A stretch of 64,000 nucleotides of DNA from assembly GCA_963706575.1 (NCBI GenBank), contig CAVPNL010000004.1, positions 448,001 to 512,000 of the forward strand. The letters are read 5' to 3'. A model generated the notes under the pieces. It had not been told where the DNA came from, did no database searches, and was given only the letters and a program-made list of their open reading frames with translations. Made by a program: the position numbers and the translations under genes. Within the stretch, counting starts at the first letter, position 1; every line of letters starts with the position of its first letter. Of the stretch, positions 63,643 to 64,000 are shown in pieces. This DNA is from an uncultured delta proteobacterium (GTDB lineage: Bacteria; Desulfobacterota; Desulfobacteria; Desulfobacterales; JAHEIW01).

Positions 63643-63731
63643 TTCACCACGAAGGGCACGAAGCTACACGAAGATTGATACAAAATTTATTAAATTCTTT
63701 TCTTTGTGTCCTTCGTGAACTTTGTGGTAAA
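63643..63731. repeat. Inverted 9-mer pair (CACGAAGGG / CCTTCGTG), empty
   Basis: ttcaccacgaagggcacgaagctacacgaag and ctttgtgtccttcgtgaactttgtggtaa. Confidence 0.85.
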
Positions 63732-63818
63732 AATTAATGGTTTTATATATGAAACTCCGCTCTAAAACGCTTTAGCATATAGAATTTCACGGCATTATAG
63801 CGCTAATTTTACACTTAT

Positions 63819-64000
63819 CTATTCTTCCGGGTCCTCCGGCGGTTTGAGGTGTTCCGGAACCTCGAGCATATTGATTAAAAGCGGTTTTAAGAATGACCAG
63901 CGAATTCCGATTTTGTAAACTTCTTCTAAATCACGGATGGCATCCCAGCAATTGTGGCAGGGCGCAATCACCAGTTTTGCACCGGTTGCCAGTATTTGAT
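63819..64000 (-). CDS. C-terminus of a CCG-domain (Fe-S)-binding protein (HdrD/TmcB/DsrK-like); 5' part lies outside the window
   Basis: Manual translation ...[59 protein letters not shown]. Confidence 0.8.
   Translation of the reverse strand, partial: QILATGAKLVIAPCHNCWDAIRDLEEVYKIGIRWSFLKPLLINMLEVPEHLKPPEDPEE

Overview
Chromosomal housekeeping and central-metabolism region, most consistent with a Desulfobacterales-like deltaproteobacterium (inferred from gene content only). It contains: a truncated HTH_17/PBP-like (TaoR-type) regulator; a racemase, nth, a ThiI-like PP-loop enzyme and rlmN; the ffh-rpsP-khpA-rimM-trmD-MTase-rplS-rnhB-yraN-rsmI operon; an orphan ParM/StbA-like actin; several envelope proteins; an ODP-like di-iron protein next to a PP2C phosphatase, with a STAS protein nearby; an Mla operon whose ATPase carries a degenerate GGDEF-like domain; pta/ackA; an ~18 kb glycolysis cluster with two tandem gap genes and an embedded glucosylglycerate module; por; fumA; and a truncated CCG-domain Fe-S gene. 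I saw no rRNA, tRNA, CRISPR array, transposase or prophage. The most striking feature is non-coding. Many gene junctions carry short tandem arrays of 7-, 8- or 9-mers arranged as inverted pairs. Two pairs enclose an AT-rich four-helix-bundle (IVP/Avd-like) gene, each with a different heptamer. About a dozen other pairs are empty, and several single arms also occur. Together this looks like an intervening-sequence-like cassette system in mRNA operons. REP-like doublets and two ~145-150 bp MITE-like palindromes also occupy junctions.
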